Source of the DNA: an uncultured Fibrobacterales bacterium | Lineage (GTDB): Bacteria > Fibrobacterota > Fibrobacteria > Fibrobacterales > CAWVXU01 | NCBI GenBank assembly: GCA_963934255.1 | Contig: CAWVXU010000004.1 | Span: forward strand, 1,641 to 65,640 | Reading direction: 5' to 3' | Length of the DNA: 64,000 bases | The notes under the pieces: generated by a model | What the model was told of the DNA's origin: nothing | The model's input: only the letters and a program-made list of their open reading frames with translations | Database searches by the model: none | In this document: piece after piece, positions 28,449 to 37,800 of the stretch | How the letters are laid out: the number at the start of each line of letters is the position of its first letter | How positions within the stretch are numbered: the first letter of the stretch is position 1 | Made by a program: the position numbers and the translations under genes

Positions 28449-29672
28449 ATGACTGATATTTATAAAAGATCCTTAATAATTCACGAGCAATTAAACGGTA
28501 AAATTTCAATTACCTCAAAGCTTGACCTAGAAACTAAGGAAGAGCTCTCAATTGCATACACGCCCGGAGTGGCTGAACCTTGTCGAGTAATTGCCGAAAA
28601 TCCTGAACGAGCCAAGGACCTTACTATTAAAAGCAATTCAGTCGCTATTGTAAGCGATGGTAGTGCTGTTCTTGGGTTGGGTAATATCGGTCCAGAAGCC
28701 GCTATTCCTGTCATGGAAGGCAAAGCGATGCTTTTCAAAAAATATGCTGATATCGATGCTTGGCCACTTTGCCTTGCAACTTCAGACACAGCTGAAATAA
28801 TTGCCACTGTCAAAAATATAGCTCCTGTATTTGGGGGTATTAATCTTGAAGATATTGCGGCCCCAGCTTGTTTTGAAATTGAAGATGCTCTACAAGAAAT
28901 TGGAATCCCTGTGTTCCATGATGACCAACACGGAACTGCTATTGTGCTACTAGCCGCTATGATTAATGCTTGTCGAGCAACCAAGCGTGAATTTAAAGAT
29001 TTAAATGTTGTCATTAGTGGTGCCGGTGCTGCTGGTTCAGCAATTGCGCGTTTATTAGATTCTATTGGAAAAACAAATTCAGGTGTGGGCTCTGTTGGTA
29101 ATATTGTCGTTTGTGATTCGAAAGGCGCTATTTATAAGGGCCGTGATCATCTGAATTCTGAAAAGGAAAGACTCTTAGAATTTTCGAATAAAGAAAACAT
29201 TCAAGGGACTTTAAGGGATGTGTTAAAAAATGCAGATGTATTTATTGGAGTTTCAAAAGGCAACCTTTTAGGGTCCGATGATATAAAACTCATGGCTAAA
29301 GACCCTTTTGTATTTGCAATGGCCAATCCGGTTCCTGAAATTATGCCTGATTTAGCAATAGCTGCTGGTGCTGCTGTTGTGGGAACAGGGCGCTCTGACT
29401 TTCCTAATCAAGTAAATAATGTATTGGCTTTTCCTGGCATTTTCCGAGGTGCTCTCGACGCTAAAGCTCCCAAAATTACAGATAGTATGAAGCTTGCTGC
29501 AGCTAAGGCTCTAGCACATTGTTTGGCTGAACCCCGCGTTGATAAAATTTTACCTCTTCCCTTAGATCGTTTCGTAGCCCCTTTTGTAAGCCGGGCAGTG
29601 AGAGATGCAGCTGAGAAAGAATTTGGCAAAGTAAATAGTTTTTGTGATTTTAACCCAAAAGACAACAAATAA
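28449..29672 (+). CDS. NAD(P)-dependent malic enzyme (short form, no PTA-like domain)
   Basis: LSIAYTPGVAEPC, VSDGSAVLGLGNIGP, FGGINLEDI, VFHDDQHGTA and SGAGAAG are present. I prefer the ATG at 28449 (MTDIYKRSL). Confidence 0.9.
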   Translation: MTDIYKRSLIIHEQLNGKISITSKLDLETKEELSIAYTPGVAEPCRVIAENPERAKDLTIKSNSVAIVSDGSAVLGLGNIGPEAAIPVMEGKAMLFKKYADIDAWPLCLATSDTAEIIATVKNIAPVFGGINLEDIAAPACFEIEDALQEIGIPVFHDDQHGTAIVLLAAMINACRATKREFKDLNVVISGAGAAGSAIARLLDSIGKTNSGVGSVGNIVVCDSKGAIYKGRDHLNSEKERLLEFSNKENIQGTLRDVLKNADVFIGVSKGNLLGSDDIKLMAKDPFVFAMANPVPEIMPDLAIAAGAAVVGTGRSDFPNQVNNVLAFPGIFRGALDAKAPKITDSMKLAAAKALAHCLAEPRVDKILPLPLDRFVAPFVSRAVRDAAEKEFGKVNSFCDFNPKDNK

Positions 29673-29708
29673 TGCGTCTAATTGTATATTAAGTAAAAAA
29701 GGAATAAA

Positions 29709-30374
29709 ATGAAAATAAGAGTAATTACACTAAGTATTATCGCATCATTACTTGTTGCGTGTGGCGGACAATCTAAAAAGACATTAGGAACAACTTTTGA
29801 GAGTAAAGCAAAGAGAATTCAAGTCATGGCGCCTGAAGGTTGGACCTCTAACAACTCAAAAAAAAGTCCCTATGATTTACAGCTTCTATCTGCTAATAAA
29901 GAGTTAGGAAGTGGTTTCTTTGTTTACTCTCTTTCAGACTTTGGCAGACCTGTTACTGGGATGGAGATTTTAACTCTTCAAGTAAATGATATGAAATCAA
30001 AACGTGAACAATTCACTCCGCTAGAAGCTTTGAGAACTGAACAATTTGGTGAAAAAGTGGTGACATCAATTACTTTTTCTGGGTTGAAAAATAAAGTAAA
30101 GAATCATTATCGATTTGCGATGGTTCGTTATCCGTCTCATCCTGAAATAATGGTTGTGGTATTGCAGACTTCAACTCCGAAACAGTGGACGACGAAGCGT
30201 CGTAGCTTAGAAGATATTGTTTTAAGTACTGAATTACTCGATGCCGCTAAAGTAAAGCCGGTTGAAGCAGTTGAGCCGGTTAAGTCCGTTGATGAAGCTA
30301 AGCCAGCCGAGGTGAAGACTAATATACCAGAAACCTCAAAAGATACTGTCACCAAACCGACAACAGCCCCTTAA
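29709..30374 (+). CDS. Hypothetical lipoprotein with Pro/Lys/Val/Glu-rich C-terminal tail
   Basis: Lipobox SLLVAC. The tail reads AKVKPVEAVEPVKSVDEAKPAEVK. Confidence 0.65.
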   Translation: MKIRVITLSIIASLLVACGGQSKKTLGTTFESKAKRIQVMAPEGWTSNNSKKSPYDLQLLSANKELGSGFFVYSLSDFGRPVTGMEILTLQVNDMKSKREQFTPLEALRTEQFGEKVVTSITFSGLKNKVKNHYRFAMVRYPSHPEIMVVVLQTSTPKQWTTKRRSLEDIVLSTELLDAAKVKPVEAVEPVKSVDEAKPAEVKTNIPETSKDTVTKPTTAP

Positions 30375-30482
30375 AAGGACCAAGAACCCGAAGGATCTGA
30401 ACCTGTATAACAACAGCACGGATTTTTCCGTTTTAAATAATAAATCTTTGGTCATAATATAATGACAAAACTTAGGTTGAAA

Positions 30483-31268
30483 TTAATCCTTTTGTGAATT
30501 CAAGAGGATTTTTTTCATTTGATTGGCTTCATCAAGATAATAACTACCTGTGCTAGGAAAGTCTTCAAGGATGTCGTTCAAAAGATCTAGAACAAGTGCT
30601 CCATCGCCTTCTGAAATGGCCTGATAGACGAGCTCAATGGTTTTAAGTTGTGCTCTTAACGTTGTGAGCTGAACTCTTTGGTTAATCAAAGGCAGACTGA
30701 GCATGGAATGAATAGTTCTTTGAATCTGAGACAGTACCGGTCGCCCTTCACAAAGTGATGGGGTGTAATAAAAGTCAAGCCAAGATTCTAAGTTGAGAGA
30801 ACAAAAATACCAAGGTTCTGTGTAGGGTATTTCCAATAAATCGTTATAATCTCGAATAGTTTCCAGACGGCGATCGAGGCCCTCGAGAGAAAGTGTTTTG
30901 TTGTGATCGGGTTTTTTATCACAAAACTCTAAATCATCTGTTTGGTAAGCTCTTAAAGCTTCATGACCGTGAAGTCTACAGGCCATCGCTCTAGTTTCAT
31001 AATTTTGACAACGGCCATTCACCATATCTTGAAACCGACAATGGGCATTTCCCGCGTAAAATAAATGTTCTTTAATGGGCTCTTGAATAAACTTTAAGAG
31101 AGTGGTTTTATCCATGGTCTCTTGTGCGCCAAGCATCATGTAAACAAATTCAATTGCTGTCATGGTAGGAGATACACAGCATTCGCCCCAACATTCACCA
31201 CATTGAAGGCCTGGAAGCGTTGAATACTTATCGTGAAGCTCTTTAAATATGGGATTTTGTGTGTTCAT
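30483..31268 (-). CDS. Cys-rich hypothetical protein, possibly YkgJ-like zinc/iron-chelating domain
   Basis: The N-terminal cluster CGECWGECC resembles the CxxCxxCC family, but its spacing is CX2CX3CC. Further Cys/His residues follow (CRFQ, CQNY, CRLHGHE). Confidence 0.45.
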   Translation of the reverse strand: MNTQNPIFKELHDKYSTLPGLQCGECWGECCVSPTMTAIEFVYMMLGAQETMDKTTLLKFIQEPIKEHLFYAGNAHCRFQDMVNGRCQNYETRAMACRLHGHEALRAYQTDDLEFCDKKPDHNKTLSLEGLDRRLETIRDYNDLLEIPYTEPWYFCSLNLESWLDFYYTPSLCEGRPVLSQIQRTIHSMLSLPLINQRVQLTTLRAQLKTIELVYQAISEGDGALVLDLLNDILEDFPSTGSYYLDEANQMKKILLNSQKD

Positions 31269-31382
31269 GGTATATAAGGTATTTAAATTTTATGCTTGAT
31301 TAGAGTTTATTCCCCTCAACTCGTAATTTATTTGCTGAACAAACTAAATTTATCCTTAAAATGTATGGATTCAGGAGATATT

Positions 31383-31817
31383 ATGACAATTGAAGAGATT
31401 CAAAATAAAATTCAAGCTGATTTTCAGAAACTTGAAGATAGTGATGACAAATGGTCTTACTTGTTAAAAATAGCTAAGGCCCACCCCGTGATGGATGAAA
31501 AACTGGCTGATGACAAATTCTTGGTCCAAGGATGTGCGACGCGTTTATATTGTGTTCCTCAATTTGAGCGTGGCAGTTTAATGCTGAATATCGATACTGA
31601 CCAAGGCGATGAAAACCCTATGATTGTACGAGGGCTTGCGGCACTAGCTAGTCAAGTATATTCAGGGCAAAGTCCAAAGGATATTTTAGTAGCAGATCCA
31701 TCATTTTTTCAAAACATCGGGTTGAACGTGGCACTTTCAGCTACAAGAGCCAATGGTTTTGCCTCACTTTTAAAACAGATATATATGTACGCTCAAGTTT
31801 ATGCAAGAATTGGATAA
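31383..31817 (+). CDS. sufE: Cysteine desulfuration protein SufE
   Basis: The SufE/CsdE active-site context is FLVQGCATRLY, with RANGFASLLKQI near the C-terminus. I prefer the ATG at 31383 (AGGAGA RBS) over the track start at 31296. Confidence 0.85.
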   Translation: MTIEEIQNKIQADFQKLEDSDDKWSYLLKIAKAHPVMDEKLADDKFLVQGCATRLYCVPQFERGSLMLNIDTDQGDENPMIVRGLAALASQVYSGQSPKDILVADPSFFQNIGLNVALSATRANGFASLLKQIYMYAQVYARIG

Positions 31818-32066
31818 ATGAATAGGGCCCTAATTTAAGCCGGTGAGCAATTTCAAACAATATATTTTCGTCTCTTCGGCTTGGTTCTAAATTGTAATTA
31901 GAGTAATTTTAAAAGATGAAACAATTATAATTAAATAAACTTCTTCTACTTTTGAGTTGTAATACGCTCTCATTTTAAGAGTTTGTCTCGCAATTTTGTT
32001 AATTTTTGCTTACTCTTATGGGGCAGGCTTTTTTTACTTTTTTCTTTTCCAATTAAGGATGTTGTT

Positions 32067-33602
32067 ATGACACAGAGAAAACCATTTTTTTATGATGTTA
32101 CTTTAAGAGACGGTAACCAAGCTTTAGCTAAACCTTGGAATACTGAGGAAAAAGTACAAGTTTTTAATCAACTCGTTAAACTGGGGGTTCAGGGAATCGA
32201 AGTAGGATTTGCTGGTGCCAGTGATATGGATTTCGCTGCGTGTGAACACCTTGCTAAGATGGCACCTGATGACATTGTGATCTCTGGACTTGCTCGTGCA
32301 ATGGAAAAAGACATAGCTAAAGTTTGGGAGGCTATTCAATACGCAAACCAACCTCGTATCCATACCTTTATTGCTACAGCGCCATTTAATATGGAGCATG
32401 TGTTACGTAAATCCCCTCAAGAAGTTTTGAAAAAAGCGGAAGAAGCGGTTAGAATTTCCAAATCATACGTAGGGGATCAGGGGACAGTTCAGTTTTCAGC
32501 AGAGCATTTCGGTGATTGTCGTGAGAACTTAGATTTCGTCATTGATGTATTTCACGCAGTAGTTGAAGCTGGTGCAACGACAATTAATTTACCAAATACT
32601 GTTGAGCGCTATCGTCCGATGTTATTTGTAGAGATGGTAGCCAAAGTAGTTGAAGCTTTACCAAATAATATAGATGTTGCCGTACACGCCCATAATGATC
32701 TTGGCATGGCCACTGCGACCACCGTTGAATCATACTTTGCAGGTGCAGTCCAAGTGGAAACAGCTTTAAATGGATTGGGTGAGCGAGCAGGAAACACAAA
32801 TATGTATGAGGTCGCTTTAGGGCTTCATAACTGTGGTGTGGATGTACCTTTAAATTTAGAACATATTTATGAGACAGCTTTACTTGTTAGTGATTGGGGC
32901 GATCTTAGAATACCAGATAAGGCTCCTATCATAGGACCTGAAGCGATTGCTCATAGGTCAGGAATACATCAAGATGGAGCTGCCAAGACAAAGGGTATGT
33001 CTAAGGGCGCTTATCGTCCGATTGATTTCAATTTAATTGGCCGTGGTGATAATGACTTAATTACTTTCACATCTCAGTCCGGTCGAACTGCTGTTTATGA
33101 GATGATTGGAAATATGGGATATCCAATTAGCCTTGAAGAAGCGACTGAACTACAGCCTGTTTTGAAAGAGATTTCAGAACGTGAAGGCGAATTGAACGAA
33201 GAACGCGTCCTCGAAATATTCAAAAATGAATACGTTAATGTTGGTAGTTACTTGAAATTCACATCAGTCAATGGCATACGTGACGAGGAAGTGTTTGAGT
33301 TTAAATTCAAGCGTGGTAACGAGATTCTACAAGAACGAATTTCTGCAGAGGGTCCTATTGAAGCTTGTCTTCGATTACTTCGTGAATTAGGGTATTCTGT
33401 TGAACTGAAAGATTATAGCCAGAGTGTGGTCAGTGACAAAGACAAAGATTGGGGAGGGCGTGCGCTTTCTGAGATTGAGCTTAAGTCAAAAGACAAGATT
33501 GCTGTGGGCCGAGGAGTTCATAACGATACACTTGTGGCAAATATGAAAGCATTATTTACTGCAGCAAATTTACTTTTCCATAAATTTGAACCTGTAAAAT
33601 AA
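32067..33602 (+). CDS. leuA: 2-isopropylmalate synthase
   Basis: YDVTLRDGNQA, IEVGFAGAS, HAHNDLGMATA and NGLGERAGNTNMYE are present, plus a C-terminal regulatory domain. I prefer the ATG at 32067 (AAGGAT RBS); the track start at 31983 adds a T-rich hydrophobic extension. Confidence 0.88.
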   Translation: MTQRKPFFYDVTLRDGNQALAKPWNTEEKVQVFNQLVKLGVQGIEVGFAGASDMDFAACEHLAKMAPDDIVISGLARAMEKDIAKVWEAIQYANQPRIHTFIATAPFNMEHVLRKSPQEVLKKAEEAVRISKSYVGDQGTVQFSAEHFGDCRENLDFVIDVFHAVVEAGATTINLPNTVERYRPMLFVEMVAKVVEALPNNIDVAVHAHNDLGMATATTVESYFAGAVQVETALNGLGERAGNTNMYEVALGLHNCGVDVPLNLEHIYETALLVSDWGDLRIPDKAPIIGPEAIAHRSGIHQDGAAKTKGMSKGAYRPIDFNLIGRGDNDLITFTSQSGRTAVYEMIGNMGYPISLEEATELQPVLKEISEREGELNEERVLEIFKNEYVNVGSYLKFTSVNGIRDEEVFEFKFKRGNEILQERISAEGPIEACLRLLRELGYSVELKDYSQSVVSDKDKDWGGRALSEIELKSKDKIAVGRGVHNDTLVANMKALFTAANLLFHKFEPVK

Positions 33603-33625
33603 TAAATCTTGAGTACAGAATTTCA

Positions 33626-33657
33626 ACTGTCTTCGTTTTGTGAAGGCAGTTTTTTTA
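33626..33657 (+). terminator. Rho-independent terminator after leuA
   Basis: Stem ACTGTCTTC / GAAGGCAGT (one G-U pair), 7-nt loop, then T7. Confidence 0.7.
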
Positions 33658-33756
33658 TATCTATTGTTAATATTTGAATTCAAACACTGTTATTTATTGC
33701 CTTGATTCATTTGATTTGAGATGAGAAAATTGATATACTATGAACGGTAGGTTATT

Positions 33757-34716
33757 GTGGATATAACGATGAAAAATATTCGCTTATGGGTAGTAATACT
33801 TTCTGGCATTTATGTTTTGATTTGCTTGGGAGCTTACTATGGCCAGGTTCACTTGACATTTGCTGTTACAAAAATATCAAGTGAAAGTAAGATTCAACTA
33901 TTGAGCAAGTATGATGGCCGTCTTAAGGAGATTCAATGGGTCAATTCTGCTCAAGATACCCTGTGGGGGTTTAGTTTACTTAAAGAAAATCTCAAGGCAA
34001 TAAACTTATCAGAGGATCAATTGAAGCAGGAATGGAACAATTATTCTCAGGATGAAGCCATTGTCGGACCAAATCTTGGATCGAGCAGATATTCGGAACG
34101 ATATTCAGGTCGAAAAATTTTGTTGTATTTTGGTGGTAATGCCGATGATGTCTGGGAGGCAATTCAGCTCGTAGATCTTCCTGATTATGATGTTTATTCT
34201 ATAAATTACCCGGGATTTGGTCGCTCTATGGGAGTGCCTCTTGAGAGCACTATCATTTCAAATGCACAAGGATTTTATAACAGCCTCGAAATTCCAGTAA
34301 ATACGCCGGTCTTGATTGTAGGCAGAAGTCTAGGAACTGGAGTCGCTGTCCAATTGAGCCAATGGATATTGTCCAACAAGTTAAAAGATGTAAAACTTTT
34401 AGAAACTTTTTTAATTACTCCCTATAATTCACTTTGGAAAATAGGAAAACATAGATACCCGTATTTACCTGTGAAGGCACTGATTACATCGCCTTTTGAA
34501 TCAGAAAATTACCTGAGTGAGTTAAAAAATAAAGTGAGTGTGGTTTATGCAGAATCAGATCAAATAGTACCTCATCATTACACAGACTCCCTGGTGGTAA
34601 AGTTACAGAGTAGGAACTTGCCTCAATCGCTTGATATCGATACGATTTTTGGGTTTAACCACAACTCGATCCTACAATCACCTGGTTTAAATGCTTTGCT
34701 TCATGCTACTCACTAA
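33757..34716 (+). CDS. Alpha/beta-fold hydrolase, membrane-anchored
   Basis: N-terminal TM helix. The nucleophile elbow is GRSLGTG (GxSxG). ESD and a late His are candidate triad residues. GTG start at 33757, or ATG at 33769. Confidence 0.7.
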   Translation: MDITMKNIRLWVVILSGIYVLICLGAYYGQVHLTFAVTKISSESKIQLLSKYDGRLKEIQWVNSAQDTLWGFSLLKENLKAINLSEDQLKQEWNNYSQDEAIVGPNLGSSRYSERYSGRKILLYFGGNADDVWEAIQLVDLPDYDVYSINYPGFGRSMGVPLESTIISNAQGFYNSLEIPVNTPVLIVGRSLGTGVAVQLSQWILSNKLKDVKLLETFLITPYNSLWKIGKHRYPYLPVKALITSPFESENYLSELKNKVSVVYAESDQIVPHHYTDSLVVKLQSRNLPQSLDIDTIFGFNHNSILQSPGLNALLHATH

Positions 34717-34821
34717 GGTGAACGTAAATATTTTCTCGATAATCTATTAAATACGTTTTTATGTACTCATTTGTGCAGTATGTTTTTTCTATAATTAAGG
34801 GTAATTCTACCGGAGTTTTAG

Positions 34822-37800
34822 ATGAGTCAAAAAATTGTAGTGAGAAACGCCCAAGAACACAACCTTAAAGGTATCGATATTGATATCCCTCGGGATAGTA
34901 TGGTCGTTGTTACTGGTGTTAGCGGATCAGGTAAAAGTTCCTTAGCTTTTGATACACTGTTCCAAGAAGGGCAAAGAAAGTATATCGAGTCCCTCTCGGC
35001 ATATGCTAGACAATTTATTGGTACGATGAAGACTCCTAAGGTAGAGAGAATTGAAGGTATTAGTCCGACAATTTCCATCGATCAGAAGACAGTAAATAGA
35101 AATCCAAGATCAACCGTGGGAACCATTACTGAGATTTGGGATCACCTTAGATTGCTATTTGCAAGACTAGGAATTCCACATTGTCCCTCATGTGGGGATT
35201 TGATTCAGGCTCAAACAGTTTCACAAATAACTGACGGACTTCTTGTTGATTATTACGATGCCAAGCTCATTATTATGGCGCCTATTGTTCGAGAACGCAA
35301 AGGTGAATATCGTAAGGAATTGAGCGAGCTACAGCAAGCCGGCTTCGTTCGTGCGCGTATCGATGGAGAAATGCGTGAACTTGATGAAGACATTGTTTTA
35401 GCTAGATATGAAAAGCACAGTATTGATGTTGTGGTGGATCGTCTAGTGATTGAGGATAAAACTTTACCAAGAATTCGTGAATCTATAGAAGCTGCGCTTA
35501 AGCAGTCAGTTGATCTAGTCAGCTTTATGATTAATGATGAATATATGCTTCAAGGTACTTCACTTTCATGTTCTAAATGTCGCGTGACAATTCCTGAAAT
35601 TGAGCCGAGACTTTTTAGTTTTAATGACCCACAAGGTCAATGCTCTAGTTGTACTGGTCTTGGCTTCATTCAAGATTTTGAAATTGAATTGTTGATACCA
35701 GACCCGAGTCTTTCAATTGAGCAAGGTTGTATCAAAGCACAAATGGCTGAAGGCCATTTAATGTTTAGCCGTTATGGAATGCAAGAGTTTAAAATTCTAG
35801 CCAAGGAATATGGGTTTCAATTAAACGTGCCTTGGAATAAAATGTCTAAAAAGGCTAAGCACATTTTAATGTATGGTTCCGAAGATGAGCTGAAATTCAA
35901 ATTAAAACGTCGCGGTCGACGTGGTTTAAAAATTAAAGACGAGCATCGAAGGGTCAGGGGGTTTCTAGAAGTTTTACAGCGTGTTTGGAATCAATGGCAC
36001 ATTCCTATGATGAATAAATATATGCGCCGTACCGATTGCGACACTTGTCATGGTGATAAATTAAATACTGCGGCAATGGCGGTTCTATTTGAAGGAAATA
36101 ATATTCAAGAATTAAGTCGTCTCGGAGTTTCAGATGCGAGAAAACTTTTTGACCAATTTCCTCGCAATCCAAGAGAAGAAAAGATTGGTGGTGAATTGTT
36201 TAGTGAGATTCAATCAAGGTTAAGTTATTTAGATGAAGTTGGTTTGGGTTATTTAACATTAGATCGTGCCGCCAATACTTTGTCAGGCGGTGAGTCACAA
36301 CGGATTCGACTTGCTTCTCAAGTGGGTGCTGGTTTACAGGGCGTTACTTATATTCTTGATGAACCATCTATTGGGTTACATCCTCGTGATAATGAAAAAC
36401 TTTTGGAAATATTGCAACGATTAAAAAATCTAGGTAATACGCTTATCGTGGTTGAGCATGACGAAGATACGATGCTTCAAGCTGATCAGGTGATTGATAT
36501 TGGACCCGGGGCCGGTGTCGAAGGTGGTGAAATTTTAGCTTCTGGATCTTTGAAATCAATTGTCAATAATAAAAAGTCTATTACTGGAGCTTATCTCAGT
36601 GGTCGAGAAAAAATTGAAGTTCCAAGTATTCGCCGTGAGTTAAGTGCTGATTCGATTAAAGTAATTGGTGCCTGTGAAAATAACTTAAAAAATATTGATG
36701 TGGAATTCCCCTTAGGAGGAATGGTCACATTAACTGGAGTGTCAGGTTCTGGAAAGTCCACCTTGATGAATCAAATTCTTAAAAAGTCTTTGGCTCAAAC
36801 CTTGCATGGTGCAGAAGATGTTCCAGGAGCTCATCAAAAAATTGAAGGTGTTGGTTTTATTGATAAAGTCATAGAAATTGACCAAAGTGCTATAGGGAGA
36901 ACTCCAAGATCTAACCCGGCAACTTATACCAAAATTTGGGATGAGATTAGAAATCTATTTGCTCAACTCACTGAATCGCAAGTCCGAGGTTATTCTAAAG
37001 GTCGCTTTTCATTTAATGTGAATGGTGGACGGTGTGAAGAATGTGAAGGCGCCGGCGTCAATGTCATTGAGATGCAATTACTTGAAAATGTTCAAGTCCC
37101 TTGTGAATCTTGCAATGGGAAACGCTTTAATCCGGCTACTCTAGAGATTCATTTTAAGGGTAAGACTATTTCTGATATTCTAGGAATGTCGGTGAGTATC
37201 GCGCTAGAATTTTTTAAAGCCCACCCAAAGATTTATCGAGGATTAAAAATTCTTGAGGATATTGGATTGGGTTATCTTGAACTCGGTCAACCAAGTACCA
37301 CTCTTTCGGGCGGTGAAGCTCAAAGAATGAAGATTGCTTCTGAATTAAAAAAGCCAGAAAAAGGACACACTCTTTATCTTCTTGATGAACCAACAACTGG
37401 CTTGCATTTCCATGATATTAAGCGCCTCATTTCTTGTATGAATACCTTGGTGGATAGACAAAATTCCATGATTGTCATTGAGCATAATTTGGATGTAGTT
37501 AAAGTCTCTGATTGGGTGATCGATATGGGGCCCGATGGTGGAGACGGCGGCGGTGAGATAGTCTTTTGTGGTCGACCTGAGGATCTAGCCAAATGTAAGA
37601 AGTCAGATACGGGGAGATATTTAAAACCATTACTCAATCCAAAAAGAAACCCCAGTGAAGAACTTTTTACGAGTAAATCCTATCTAGAAACTCAAAAAAG
37701 ATTAAAAGAAAAGTCGAAAGAAAAAGTCGATCTAGATATACTCATTCAAGGTGCCAAAAAGCATAACTTAAAGAATATTGATGTGAGAATACCTAGACAT

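Noticed and set aside
28481-29014. 177-aa minus-strand ORF (and 29408-29668) opposite the malic enzyme gene
   Set aside because: It is a shadow ORF of a well-supported gene. It is Ala/Ser-rich antisense of GCx-rich codons with no start context.
31983-32066. Upstream extension of leuA (MSRNFVNFCLLLWGRLFLLFSFPIKDVV) and an alternative-frame Phe-rich mini-ORF (MGQAFFTFFFSN), considered as a Leu/Phe leader-peptide attenuator
   Set aside because: The Leu- and Phe-rich codons come from a T-rich tract. The in-frame stretch has no stop before the leuA ATG, so it cannot be a separate leader. I could find no terminator/antiterminator hairpin preceding the T-runs. ATG 32067 with an AAGGAT RBS is the sensible leuA start.
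37636-37728. The UvrA junction interpreted as two adjacent uvrA genes or an assembly artefact
   Set aside because: No stop codon occurs in frame. There is no ATG/GTG/TTG or SD in the linker or the first codons of module B. The two modules are clearly diverged (different Zn ligands, domain deletion), so this is not a collapsed or duplicated assembly repeat. Experimental confirmation is still advisable.
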